Below are positions 14,129 through 27,146 of a stretch of DNA of 64,000 nt, in pieces. Each line of letters begins with the position of its first letter. Within the stretch, counting starts at the first letter, position 1. The notes under the pieces are model-generated. The model was given only the letters and a program-made list of their open reading frames with translations. It was not told the origin of the DNA and did not search any database. The translations under genes were made by a program, and so were the position numbers. Source of the stretch: Anaeramoeba ignava BMAN (Eukaryota > Protista > Anaeramoebae); contig JAPDFW010000024.1 in assembly GCA_028826165.1 (NCBI GenBank), positions 9,605-73,604 on the forward strand. Direction: 5' to 3'.

Positions 14129-16049
14129 ATGAGGATAAAATTTATGATTAATGATGTAAAAATAATGTAAAATTAATATTAATTTTATTCCAAAAAAATA
14201 TTAAAAATTCAAAAATTTATTATAAATTTAGAATAAAATAATACAAAATTAAATCAATACAAAAAAATTAATATTAAATTTATATTAAATTTATTTTTGT
14301 TTAAAAAATTCAAACTCCAAAATATAAAAAATAAAAACCAAAATATTCCCAAATAAAACTCTTCTTCTTTTTATTTATTTTAAATCAATTTAATATCTAA
14401 ATCTGTAATTACTTTATTAATTAATTTACTTTTAAATTTATTTATTTTCAAATTCTGAATTAATTTATTTAATTTATTCTATTTATTTCTATTAGATAAA
14501 ATCTTTATTTTATTTTATTTTATTCATCTCCAATTTCCCAAAATAAAAATAAAAATAAAAAATCAATAATTTCAAAAATCTAAATTTATATTTATTTATA
14601 TTTATAATTTATCAAAGGTAATTAATTAAATTTCTTTTTCACTTCATTTAGATTCAATTTATCTGATTATTATTTATTATTTATTTATTTATTATTTTAA
14701 ATTATTTTATTTTTATTAAATAAATTTTGATTTGGAAAATATCAATCAATTAATTAATAATCAATCAATAATTTATTTCTAATTCATTTCATTTTTTTTC
14801 ATTTCCAAAATTTAAATCAAAATTTAAATCAATTTATTTATATATTATAATAATTTAAACAAAATAATTAATAAAAAATTTATTTTAATTTAATTTAATT
14901 TCAATTTTTTATATATTTTAATTTCAATATTAATTTAAATTAAAAATAAATTTCAATTTATTAATTTATATATATAAAATAAATTTATTTTCAATTTATT
15001 TTAAATTTCAAAAATAAAAAATTCTATATTAAAATATATAAATTTATTTATATATATTATAAACAAATTTATAACAAAATAATTAATTAATTTAATTTCC
15101 AATTTATTTATAATTTATATTCAAAAATAAAAAATCAATTTCTCTATATATAAAATATATAAATTTAATTTTCAATTTATTTATAATTTAAATTTAAAAA
15201 TAAAAAATCAATTTATTTATATATATTATAAACAAATTTATAACAAAATAATTAATTAATTTAATTTCCAATTTCTTTATAATTTATATTCAAAAAATAA
15301 AAAAATCAATTTCTCTCTATATAAAATATATAAATTTATTAAAATAAAAATCAATTTATTTATATATATTATAAACAAATTATAAAAAAAAATAATTAAT
15401 TTAATTTCAATTTATTTATAATTTATATTCAAAAATAAAAATAAATTTAATTTTCAATTTATTAAAATAAAAAAAATTAAATTTAAAATTAATTTTAATT
15501 TTATTCAAAAAAAAAATTAAAAATCAAAAAAAATTTATTATAAATTTAGAATAAAATAATACAAAATTAAATCAATACAAAAAAATTAATATTAAATTTA
15601 TATTAAATTTATTTTTGTTTAAAAAATTCAAACTCCAAAATATAAAAAATAAAAACCAAAATATTCCCAAACAAAACTCTTCTTCTTTTTATTTATTTTA
15701 AATCAATTTAATATCTAAATCTGTAATTACTTTATTAATTAATTTACTTTTAAATTTATTTATTTTCAAATTCTGAATTAATTTATTTAATTTATTCTAT
15801 TTATTTCTATTAGATAAAATCTTTATTTTATTCATCTCCAATTTCCTAAAATAAAAATAAAAATAAAAAATCAATAATTTCAAAAATCTAAATTTATATT
15901 TATTTATATTTATAATTTATCAAAGGTAATTAATTAAATTTCTTTTTCACTTCATTTAGATTCAATTTATCTGATTATTATTTATTATTTATTTATTTAT
16001 TATTTTAAATTATTTTATTTTTATTAAATAAATTTTGATTTGGAAAATA
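14129..16049. repeat. Truncated, partly duplicated copies of the internal sequence of the 16050-19197 element
   Basis: GAGGATAAAATTTATGATTAATGATGTAAAA at 14131 matches the sequence just inside the left TIR at ~16070 and ~19430. An internal block restarts at ~15530. No TIR is present here. Confidence 0.8.
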
Positions 16050-19000
16050 CAGACATTTTATTGTAAGTAAGGATAAAATTTATGATTAATGATGTAAAAA
16101 TGATGTAAAATTAATATTAATTTTATTCCAAAAAAATATTAAAAATTCAAAAATTTATTATAAATTTGGAATAAAATAATACAAAATTAAATCAATACAA
16201 AAAAATTAATATTAATTTTATATTAAATTTATTTTTGTTTAAAAAATTCAAACTCCAAAATATAAAAATACAAACCAAAATATTCCCAAATAAAACTCTT
16301 CTTCTTTTTATTTATTTTAAATCAATTTAATATCTAAATCTGTAATTACTTTATTAATTAATTTACTTTTAAATTTATTTATTTTCAAATTCTGAATTAA
16401 TTTATTTAATTTATTCTATTTATTTCTATTAGATAAAATCTTTATTTTATTTTATTTTATTTTATTCATCTCCAATTTCCTAAAATAAAAATAAAAAAAT
16501 CAATAATTTCAAAAATCTAAATTTATATTTATTTATATTTATAATTTATCAAAGGTAATTAACTAAATTTCTTTTTCACTTCATTTAGATTCAATTTATC
16601 TGATTATTATTTATTATTTATTTATTTATTATTTTAAATTATTTTATTTTTATTAATAAATTTTGATTTGGAAAATATCAATCAATTAATCAATAATCAA
16701 TCAATAATTTATTTCTAATTCATTTCATTTTTTTTTCATTTCCAAAATTTAAATCAATTTATTTATATATATTATAAACAAATTTATAATAAAATAATTA
16801 ATTAATTTAAATTCCAATTTATTTATAATTTATATTCAAAAAATAAAAAAAATCAATTTCTCTCTATATATAAAATATATAAATTTAATTTTTAATTTAT
16901 TTATAATTTAAATTAAAAATAAAAAAAATCAATTTATTTATATATATTATAAACAAATTTATAACAAAATAATTTATTAATTTAATTTCCAATTTATTTA
17001 TAATTTATATTCAAAAAATAAAAAATCAATTTCTCTCTATATATAAAATATATAAATTTAATTTTCAATTTATTTATAATTCAAATTAAAAATAAAAAAA
17101 ATCAATTTATTTATATATATTATAAACAAATTTATAACAAAAATAATTTATTAATTTAATTTTCCAATTTATTTATAATTTAAATTCAAAAATAAAAAAA
17201 TCAATTTCTCTCTATATATAAAATATATAAATTTAATTTTCAATTTATTTATAATTTAAAATAAAAATAAAAAAAATCAATTTATTTATATATATTATAA
17301 ACAAATTTATAATAAAATAATTAATTAATTTAATTTTCAATTTATTTATAATTTATATTCAAAAAATAAAAAATCAATTTCTCTCTATATATAAAATATA
17401 TAAATTTAATTTTCAATTCATTTATAATTTAAATTAAAAATAAAAAAAATCAATTTATTTATATATATTATAAACAAATTTATAACAAAATAATTTATTA
17501 ATTTAATTTTCAATTTATTTATAATTTATATTCAAAAAATAAAAAATCAATTTCTCTCTATATATAAAATATATGAATTTAATTTTCAATTTATTTCAAT
17601 TTAAATTCAAAATAAAAAAAATCAATTTATTTATATATATTATAAACATATTTATAACAAAATAATTAATTAATTTAATTTTCAATTTATTTATAATTTA
17701 TATTCAAAAATAAAAAATCAATTTCTCTCTATATATAAAATATATAAATCTAATTTTCAATTTAATTATAATTTAAATTAAAAATAAAAAAATCAATTTA
17801 TTTATATATATTATAAACAAATTTATAATAAAATAATTTATTAATTTAATTTTCAATTTATTTATAATTTATATTCAAAAAATAAAAAATCAATTTCTCT
17901 CTATATATAAAATATATAAATTTATTTTTAATTTATTTATAATTTAAATTAAAAATAAAAAAATCAATTTATTTATATATATTATAAAACAAATTTATAA
18001 CAAAATAATTAATTAATTTAATTTCCAATTTATTTATAATTTATATTCAAAAAATAAAAAAATCAATTTCTCTCTATATATAAAATATATAAATTTATTT
18101 TTAATTTATTTATAATTTAAATTAAAAATAAAAAAAATCAATTTATTTATATATATTATAAACAAATTTATAACAAAATAATTAATTAATTTAATTCCCA
18201 ATTTATTTATAATTTTAATTCAAAAATAAAAAAATCAATTTCTCTCTATATATAAAATATATAAATTTATTTTTAAATTTATTTATAATATAAAAAATAA
18301 AAAAAAAAATCAATTTATTTATATATATTATAAACAAATTTATAACAAAATAATTAATCAATTTAATTTCCAATTTATTTATAATTTATATTCAAAAAAT
18401 AAAAAATCAATTTCTCTCTATATATAAAATATATAAATTTAATTTTCAATTTATTTATAATTTAAATTAAAAATAAAAAAATCAATTTATTTATATATAT
18501 TATAAACAAATTTATAATAAAATAATTTATAAATTTAAATTCAAAAATAAAAAATCAATAATTTCAAAAATCTAAATTTATACTTATTTATATCATTATT
18601 TATATTTATAATTTATCAAAGGTAATTAATTAATTAAATTTCTTTTTCACTTCATTTATATTCGATTTATCTGATTATTATCTATTATTTATTTATTTAT
18701 TATTTTAAATTATTTTATTTTTATTAAATAAATTTTGATTTGGAAAATATCAATCAATTAATTAATAATCAATCAATAATTTATTTCTAATTCATTTCAT
18801 TTTTTTTTCATTTCCAAAATTTAAATCAAAATTCAAATCAAAAATTAAATCAAATTAAATTCAAAATTTAAATCAAATTCAAAATTCAAAATCTATTGAT
18901 AATTTGTTCTGAAAATAAAATCTAAATATAAATATAAAAAAAAATCAAATTGATATTATTTTTATATGTTTTATTTAGAAACAAAAAAAAATCATCAAAT

Positions 19001-19197
19001 TTGTTTTGTTTGTTTGTTTCATTTCTTTTAATATTTTTATCTAAAATAAATAAATTAAAAATCCAATTTTTCTTTTTCTTTTCTTTTCTTTTCTTTTTTT
19101 ATTGATTCAAAATATTCCATAAAAATAAAAAATAAAATAAAAATAAAAATTGATTATTAATTTTTTTATAAGTTTTTGGAATTCCTTAAAATGTCTG
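16050..19197. mobile_element. Non-autonomous Tc1/IS630-like element, copy 1 (11-bp TIR CAGACATTTTA...TAAAATGTCTG, TA on both sides)
   Basis: TA|CAGACATTTTA at 16048-16060 and TAAAATGTCTG|TA at 19187-19199. The left end interrupts the recurring motif TTTGGAAAATA|TCAATC exactly at its TA. No ORF; contains ~10 copies of a 172-bp repeat. Confidence 0.7.
16750..18545. repeat. ~172-bp tandem repeat, ~10 copies
   Basis: Marker TTTCTCTCTATATATAAAA recurs about every 172 bp from ~16860 to ~18413. Confidence 0.92.
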
Positions 19198-19410
19198 TAT
19201 TCATTTTAAAATATTTATTATTTTATTATTTTATTATTTTATTATTTGATTTTAGTATTAATATTTTATTTAAATTATTGATTTTATTTCTATTCTTAAT
19301 TTTATATTTAATTTAAATTATAAAATTATATTTTATTATTTATTATTATTAATAAATTTAAATTATTTATTTTATTTCTATTCTTAATTTTATATTTATT
19401 TTAAATTATA

Positions 19411-21917
19411 CAGACATTTTATTGTAAGTGAGGATAAAATTTATGATTAATGATGTAAAAATGATGTAAAATTAATATTAATTTTATTCCAAAAAAATAT
19501 TAAAAATTCAAAAATTTATTACAAATTTGGAATAAATTAATACAAAATTAAATCAATACAAAAAAATTAATATTAAATTTATATTAAATTTATTTTTGTT
19601 TAAAAAATTCAAACTCCAAAATATAAAAAATAAAAACCAAAATATTCCCAAATAAAACTCTTCTTCTTTTTATTTATTTTAAATCAATTTAATATCTAAA
19701 TCTGTAATTACTTTATTAATTAATTTACTTTTAAATTTATTTATTTTCAAATTCTGAATTAATTTATTTAATTTATTCTATTTTTATTTCTATTAGATAA
19801 AATCTTTATTTTATTTTATTTTATTTTATTTTATTCATCTCCAATTTCCTAAAAATAAAAATAAAAAATCAATAATTTCAAAAATCTAAATTTATATTTA
19901 TTTATAATTATAATTTATCAAAGGTAATTAATTAAATTTCTTTTTCACTTCATTAATTCAATTTATCTGATTATTATTTATTATTTATTTATTTATTTAA
20001 ATTATTTTATTTTAAATTATTTTTATTAATAAATTTTGATTTGGAAAATATCAATCAATTAATCAATAATCAATCAATAATTTATTTCTAATTCATTTCA
20101 TTTTTTTTTCATTTCCAAAATTTAAATCAAAATTTAAATTCATTTATTTATATATATTATAAACAAATTTATAACAAAATAATTTATTAATTTAATTTCC
20201 AATTTATTTATAATTTATATTCAAAAAATAAAAAATCAATTTCTCTCTATATATAAAATATATAAATTTAATTTTTAATTTATTTATAATTCAAATTAAA
20301 AAATAAAAAAATCAATTTATTTATATATATTATAAACAAATTTATAACAAAATAATTAATTAATTTAATTCTCAATTTATTTATAATTTATATTCAAAAA
20401 ATAAAAAATCAATTTCTCTCTATATATAAAATATATAAATTTAATTTTTAATTTATTTCAATTTAAATTAAAAATAAAAAAATCAATTTATTTATATATA
20501 TTATAAACAAATTTATAACAAAATAATTAATTAATTTAATTTTCAATTTATTTATAATTTATATTCAAAAATAAAAATCAATTTTCTCTCTATATATAAA
20601 ATATATAAATTTATTTTTAATTTATTTATAATTCAAATTAAAAATAAAAAAATCAATTTATTTATATATATTATAAACATATTTATAACAAAATAATTAA
20701 TAAATTTAATTTTCAATTTATTTATAATTTATATTCAAAAATAAAAAATCAATTTCTCTCTATATATAAAATATATAAATTTAATTTTTAATTCATTTCA
20801 ATTTAAATTCAAAAATAAAAAAATCAATTTATTTATATATATTATAAACAAATTTATAACAAAATAATTTATTAATTTAATTTTCAATTTATTTATAATT
20901 TATATTCAAAAAATAAAAAAATCAATTTCTCTCTATATATAAAATATATAAATTTAATTTTTAATTAAAATTCAAAATAAAAATAAAAAATCAATTTATT
21001 TATATATATTATAAACAAATTTATAACAAAATAATTTATAAATTTAATTTCCAATTTATTTATAATTTAAATTCAAAAAATAAAAAATCAATTTCTCTCT
21101 ATATATAAAATATATAAATTTAATTTTCAATTTATTTCAATTTAAATTCAAAAATAAAAAAATCAATTTATTTATATATATTATAAACAAATTTATAACA
21201 AAATAATTTATAAATTTAAATTCAAAAATAAAAAATCAATAATTTCAAAAATCTAAATTTATACTTATTTATATCATTATTTATATTTATAATTTATCAA
21301 AGGTAATTAATTAATTAATTAATTAAATTTCTTTTTCACTTCATTTAGATTCAATTTATCTGATTATTATCTATTATTTATTTATTTATTATTTTAAATT
21401 ATTTTATTTTTATTAAATAAATTTTGATTTGGAAAATATCAATCAATTAATTAATAATCAATCAATAATTTATTTCTAATTCATTTCATTTTTTTTTTCA
21501 TTTCCAAAATTTAAATCAAAATCAAATCAAATTTAAATCAAATTTAAATCAAAATTCAAATCAAAATTCAAATCAAAATCAAAATCAAAATTTAAATCCA
21601 AATTCAAAATTCAAAATCTATTGATAATTTGTTCTGAAAATAAAATCTAAATATAAATATAAAAAAAAATCAAATTGATATTATTTTTATATGTTTTATT
21701 TAGAAACAAAAAAAAATCATCAAATTTGTTTTGTTTTGTTTGTTTCATTTCTTTTAATATTTTTATCTAAAATAAATAAATTAAAAATCCAATTTTTCTT
21801 TTTCTTTTCTTTTCTTTTTTTATTGATTCAAAATATTCCATAAAAATAAAAAATAAAAAATAAAAAAAATTGATTATTAATTTTTTTATAAGTTTTTGGA
21901 ATTCCTTAAAATGTCTG
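19411..21917. mobile_element. Non-autonomous Tc1/IS630-like element, copy 2
   Basis: TA|CAGACATTTTA at 19409-19421 and TAAAATGTCTG|TA at 21907-21919. Colinear with copy 1 but has only ~6 copies of the 172-bp repeat (~20140-21220). Confidence 0.7.
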
Positions 21918-22859
21918 TATTCATTTTAAAATATTTATTATTTTATTATTTTATTATTTATTATTTGATTTTAGTATTAATATTTTATTTAAATTATTGA
22001 TTTTATTTCTATTCTTAATTTTATATTTATTTTAAATTATAAAATTATATTTTATTATTTATTTTTATTATTAATAAATTTAAATTATTTATTTTTATTT
22101 CTATTATTAATTTTATATTTAATTTAAATTATAAAATTATATTTTATTATTTATTTTTATTATTAATTATTTATTTAATTATTTTTATTTATTTTGAAAA
22201 CTTTTTATTTCAAGACAATTTAATAACTAAATCCAAAACTACTTTATTAACTAATTTACTTGTAATTTTATTTTAATTCACAAAATTTATAAATTTATAA
22301 ATTAATTAATTAATTTTACTTATATTTTTATTTTTATATTAGATAAAATCTTTATTTTATTCATTTTCAATTCTTCCAAAAAAAAAATCATTATTTATAA
22401 TCCACAATTTACCAAAATTAATTAATTAATTAATTATTTATTTATTTATTTATTGAATTAATGAAACTTCTTTTTCACTTCATTTAGATTAGATTATATT
22501 AGATTAGATTCAATTTATCTGATTATTTATTTATTTATTATTATTCATTTATTAATTTATTCCAAATTATTTTTATTTATATTTTTATTTATAAATAAAT
22601 GGATTTTGATTTGGAAAATATCATTAATTAATTAATAAATAAATTATTTCTAATTTTCATTTTTCATTTTTCATTTTTTTCATTTTTTTTTCTTAGAAGA
22701 ATAAATATAAAAATAAAAATAAAAATTACCTTCACAAAATGAAAGGAAATCTCAAAAACTAATAAAATATTCAATCCAATCCAATCCAATCCAATCCAAT
22801 CCAATTCAATTCAATTCAAAAGTAAATTTATTTATTTATTTATTTAAAAATTTAAAAAT

Positions 22860-23380
22860 TTAATTTTATTTCTATTTCAATTATAAATAATTAAATAATA
22901 AATTTAAATTAAATATTTTATTTCTATTATTAATTTTATATTTATTTTAAATTATAAAATTATTTTTTATTATTTATTTTTATTATTAATTATTTAATTA
23001 AATATTTTATTATTTTTATTTCAATTATAAATAATTAAATAATAAATTTAAATTAATTATTTATTTCTATTATTTATTTTATATTTATTTCAAATTATAA
23101 AATTATTTTTTATTATTAATTTTTATTTTTAATTATTTATTTAATTATTTTTATTATTTTTATTTCAATTATAAATAATTAAATAATAAATTTAAATTAA
23201 ATATTTTATTTCTATTATTAATTTTATATTTATTTTAAATTATAAAATTATATTTTATTATTTATTTTTATTATTAATTATTTAATTAAATATTTTTATT
23301 ATTTTTATTTCAATTATAAATAATTAAATAATAAATTTAAATTAATTATTTTATTTCTATTATTAATTTTATGTTTATTT
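22860..23380. repeat. ~145-bp tandem repeat, ~3.5 copies (inverted relative to 1305-2420)
   Basis: TTTCTATTATTAATTTTATATTTATTTTAAATTATAAAATTAT units are the reverse complement of the 1.3-2.4 kb repeat. Confidence 0.85.
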
Positions 23381-23902
23381 TATTTATTATTTTTTATTAG
23401 GTTAAATAGGTTTTAAATTGAAAATTTTGATTAGTGCTTTTATTTTTTAAAAACAAAAAAACAAAAAATATTCACTTTCAAAAACATTTTAATTAATGTA
23501 ATCTTTATAAAATCAAAAATCAAAAATCAAAAATCAAAAATCAAAAATGAAAAGAATTTATAATTAATTAATTAATTAATTAATTGATTCTAAATTAATT
23601 AATATAAGATTCAAAAATAATTAACAAAATCTTTTTATTTATTTAAAATATCAAAAAATCAAAAAATCAAAAAATAATCAATATTAATATTAATAATAAT
23701 AATATTAAAATTAATTTTTCTTTCAATATCAATAATCAAAACAAAAAAACTATTCATTAACAAAATAAATTTATTAATATTAATTCTAAATTTTTAATTT
23801 TTAATTTTAATTTTAATTTACATTTATTGAAGGAAATTTCTTGTTGTTCTTGTTCTTGTTCTTGTTGTTGATAATTTAAAACAAAAATAACGAAAAATAA
23901 AT

Positions 23903-24200
23903 TGATTGATTTTCAGATTGATTTTCAGATTTATTTTAAGATTTATTTTAAGATTTATTTTCAGATTTATTTTAAGATTTATTTTTAGATTTATTTTAAG
24001 ATTTATTTTTAGATTTATTTTTAGATTTATTTTCAGATTTATTTTCAGATTTATTTTCAGATTTATTTTCAGATTTATTTTCAGATTGATTTTCAGATTG
24101 ATTTTAAGATTTATTTTCAGATTTATTTTAAGATTTATTTTCAGATTTATTTTCAGATTTATTTTCAGATTGATTTTCAGATTTATTTTTAGATTGATAT
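23903..24200. repeat. 12-bp minisatellite (TTTATTTTCAGA variants), ~24 copies
   Basis: Direct tandem units; they generate the spurious FIFR ORF. Confidence 0.93.
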
Positions 24201-24302
24201 TTATTTATTTGGCTTTTAAAAATGATTTAGAAACTATTGAATAAATAATTTACAAAACAAATGAATTGATTTATTTTCATTTAAGAAGACAAATAACACA
24301 TA

Positions 24303-24412
24303 ATTTATATTTATATTTATATTTATATTTATATTTATATTTATATTTATATTTATATTTATATTTATATTTATATTTATATTTATATTTATATTTATAT
24401 TTATATTTATAT
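24303..24412. repeat. (TTTATA)n microsatellite
   Basis: Perfect hexamer run. Confidence 0.95.
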
Positions 24413-25173
24413 TTTCAATAAATAAAATAAAAAGAAATGATTTTTTATTTATTTATTTATTTATTTATTTTAAAATCAAAATCAAAATCAAAATCAAAAT
24501 CAAAATAAAAATAAAAATCATGTAAACTTTGAATGTAATTAATTAATTAATTTATTATTTATTTATTTATTTATAAATTAAAAATTATTTTAGATTTTAA
24601 TTAATTAATAAATAAATAAATAAATAAATAATAAAAGATTGAAGTAAATAAATAATATAAACAAAAAAAAATGAAAATAAAAATAAAAATAAATATAAAC
24701 TTTCAAAATAATTGAAATTTAGATACAATTCCTTAATTAAAATTATTCTAAATTTAAATAAAAAAAATTGAAAAAAAAAAATGGAAAAAAAAATGTTTTT
24801 GTGGATTTTTATTTTTTAAAAAGTGGAATTCATTTTTTTCTTCTTCTTTCATTTTTCTTTTTTTATATATATAATATATAAATAAATCTATTGAAAATTT
24901 GAAAATAAAAATAAAAATAAAAATAAAAATAAAAATAAAAATAAAAAAAGGGGGATGTTCATCTTTGGCAATGTTTTAAGCTTTGAAATTAGCCACCCGC
25001 CCAAAGAAAAAGCTGGTGTTAACATACTCACCCGAGTCTACGCCCTTATTTATTTCTAATTATTAATTATTAATCAATCCAAATTAAATCAATTTAAAAT
25101 CAATTTAATAATTAATAATTCTAATCAAAATTGAACAATATAAGAACAATAATGAAAAGAAATAAATAAGAAA

Positions 25174-25321
25174 CGCGACATTTGTCGTCTTCGTGTAAAG
25201 CCCCAAGTCGTCAACTGAGCCTCCCCGCCGTAGCGTAGCGGAGAGGCCGAAGGCCGGTGCATTGGGGGAGGTGAAGTTGAAAGACATTGGGGCATTTACT
25301 CGAAAAACGACAAAGTACGCG
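25174..25321. other. GC-rich imperfect inverted repeat (~55-bp stem) with a branched apex; structured nucleic-acid element of unknown class
   Basis: CGCGACATTTGTCGTCTTCGTGTAAAGCCCCAAGTCGTCAACTGAGCCTCCCC pairs with GGGGGAGGTGAAGTTGAAAGACATTGGGGCATTTACTCGAAAAACGACAAAGTACGCG. The apex holds GC-GTA-GC (25233-25239) and GGCC-GAA-GGCC (25245-25255). Confidence 0.8.
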
Positions 25322-26881
25322 ATATGATCCTTTCTTATATTTATATTTATATTTATATATTTTATTTCAAGTAAATTTAATATCTAAATCCAAAAATTAC
25401 TTTATTAACTAATTTATTATTTGTAAGTTTATTTTAATTTCCAAAAATAAATTAATTAATTAATTAATTAATTAATTAATTAATTTTATTCTATTTATAA
25501 TTAATATTTATTCTATTTTATTTTTATATTTATATTTATATTAGATAAAATGTTTATTTTATTTTATTTTATTTTATTTTATTTTATTCATCTCCATTTC
25601 CAAAATAAAAATAATTCCAAAAAAAATCTAAATTTATATTTATTAATATCTATCATTATTTATAATTATAATTTATCAAAATTAATTAATGGAATTTCTT
25701 TTTTCAATTAAATTAAATTAGATTAGATTAGATTAGATTTATCTATTATTCTAAATTATTTATCATTTTAAATTATTTTATTTATTTATTTTTATTTATA
25801 AATAATAAATACATTTTGATTTTGATTTTGGAAAATATCATTAATTGATTAATAAATAATAAAATAAAATAAATCAATAATTTATTTCTAATTCATTTTT
25901 TGTTTTTGTTTTTGTTTTTGTTTTTGTTTTTTAATAATTTTTATTTTTAAATTTCCAAATTCATTTTTCATTTTTCATTTTTCATTTTTTTTTCTTTTCA
26001 AAGAATATTTATAAATATAAATATAAATATAAAAATTACCTTTAGAAAATGAAAGGAAATACCAAACACTAAAAAAATATTCAAATTCAAATTAATTTTT
26101 AATTATAATTAATTATTTTGTAATAAAATTAATTAAGAAATGATTTAAAAAAGAATTTATTATTAATACTAAATTAATATTATTAAATATAAAGAAATAA
26201 ATTTAAAACAAAAATTAGATAAAAATTTAATTTAATTTTTAATAATAATTAATTTATTATTTTGCAATAAAATTAATTAAGAAATGATTTTAAAAAAGGA
26301 TTTATTATTAATATTAAATAAATATTATTAAAAATAAAGAAATAAATTTAAAACAAAAATTAGATAAAAATTTAATTTAATTTTTAATTATAATTAATTT
26401 ATTATTTTGCAATAAAATTAATTAAGAAATAATTTTAAAAAGAATTTATTATTAATATTAAATTATTATTATTAAAAATAAAGAAATAAATTTAATTAAA
26501 ATATTTTATTTATTATTTTACTTAATTTTTAATAATAATTTATTTAATATTTTGCAATAAAATTAATTAAGAAATGATTTTAAAACTTTTATTCATTTTT
26601 TTTCATTTTTTTTTTGTTTTTTTTTTCTAAATTAAAAAATTAAAAAGAAAAAAAAAGAAAAAATCAAATAAAAATTTTAAAAACAAAATTATAAAAAAAA
26701 ATAAAGAAAAAATGTTAATTAAAATGTAAAATAATTTATTTATACAATTTATAAAAAGGATTTATTATCTAAATTAATTCAAAATTGATTTAAAAACAAA
26801 TATAAATTTAAATCAAAAAAAAATTAAATTTAATTAATTTTATTTCAAAAAAAATAAAATAATATTAAATAAATTTAAATA

Positions 26882-26907
26882 CAGTCATTTTTATTTGGGT
26901 GCGGACA
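26882..26907 (+). repeat. Left terminal inverted repeat (26 bp)
   Basis: Exact reverse complement of 52915-52940; preceded by TA (26880-26881). Confidence 0.95.
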
Positions 26908-27146
26908 CCTTCCTTAAGGGACACTGGAAGACCTTCATGAAAAATTTTTAAAAAATTTTTAAAAAATTTTTAAAAAATCTTTAAAAATTTTTTAATGTTT
27001 CACGTGTTGAAATTCATCACTTCTATTTTCTATTCTGAATTTAATTCCCTGCATATAGTAGTTTATTTTCATTCTCATTTTGCATATTTTTTTCCCTTTT
27101 ATCATTTTCCTTTTTTCATCTTTCTTCAATTTTAAATGGAAAATAA

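Noticed and set aside
23906-24244. 112-aa FIFR-repeat ORF
   Set aside because: It is the translation of a 12-bp minisatellite.
25174-25321. SRP (7SL) RNA or RNase MRP/P as the identity of the hairpin
   Set aside because: It lacks the helix-8 AGG..GNRA..AGCAG motif and an Alu domain, and the apical arms are too short. The GCCCC/GGGGC pairing is part of a simple stem rather than the P4 pseudoknot.
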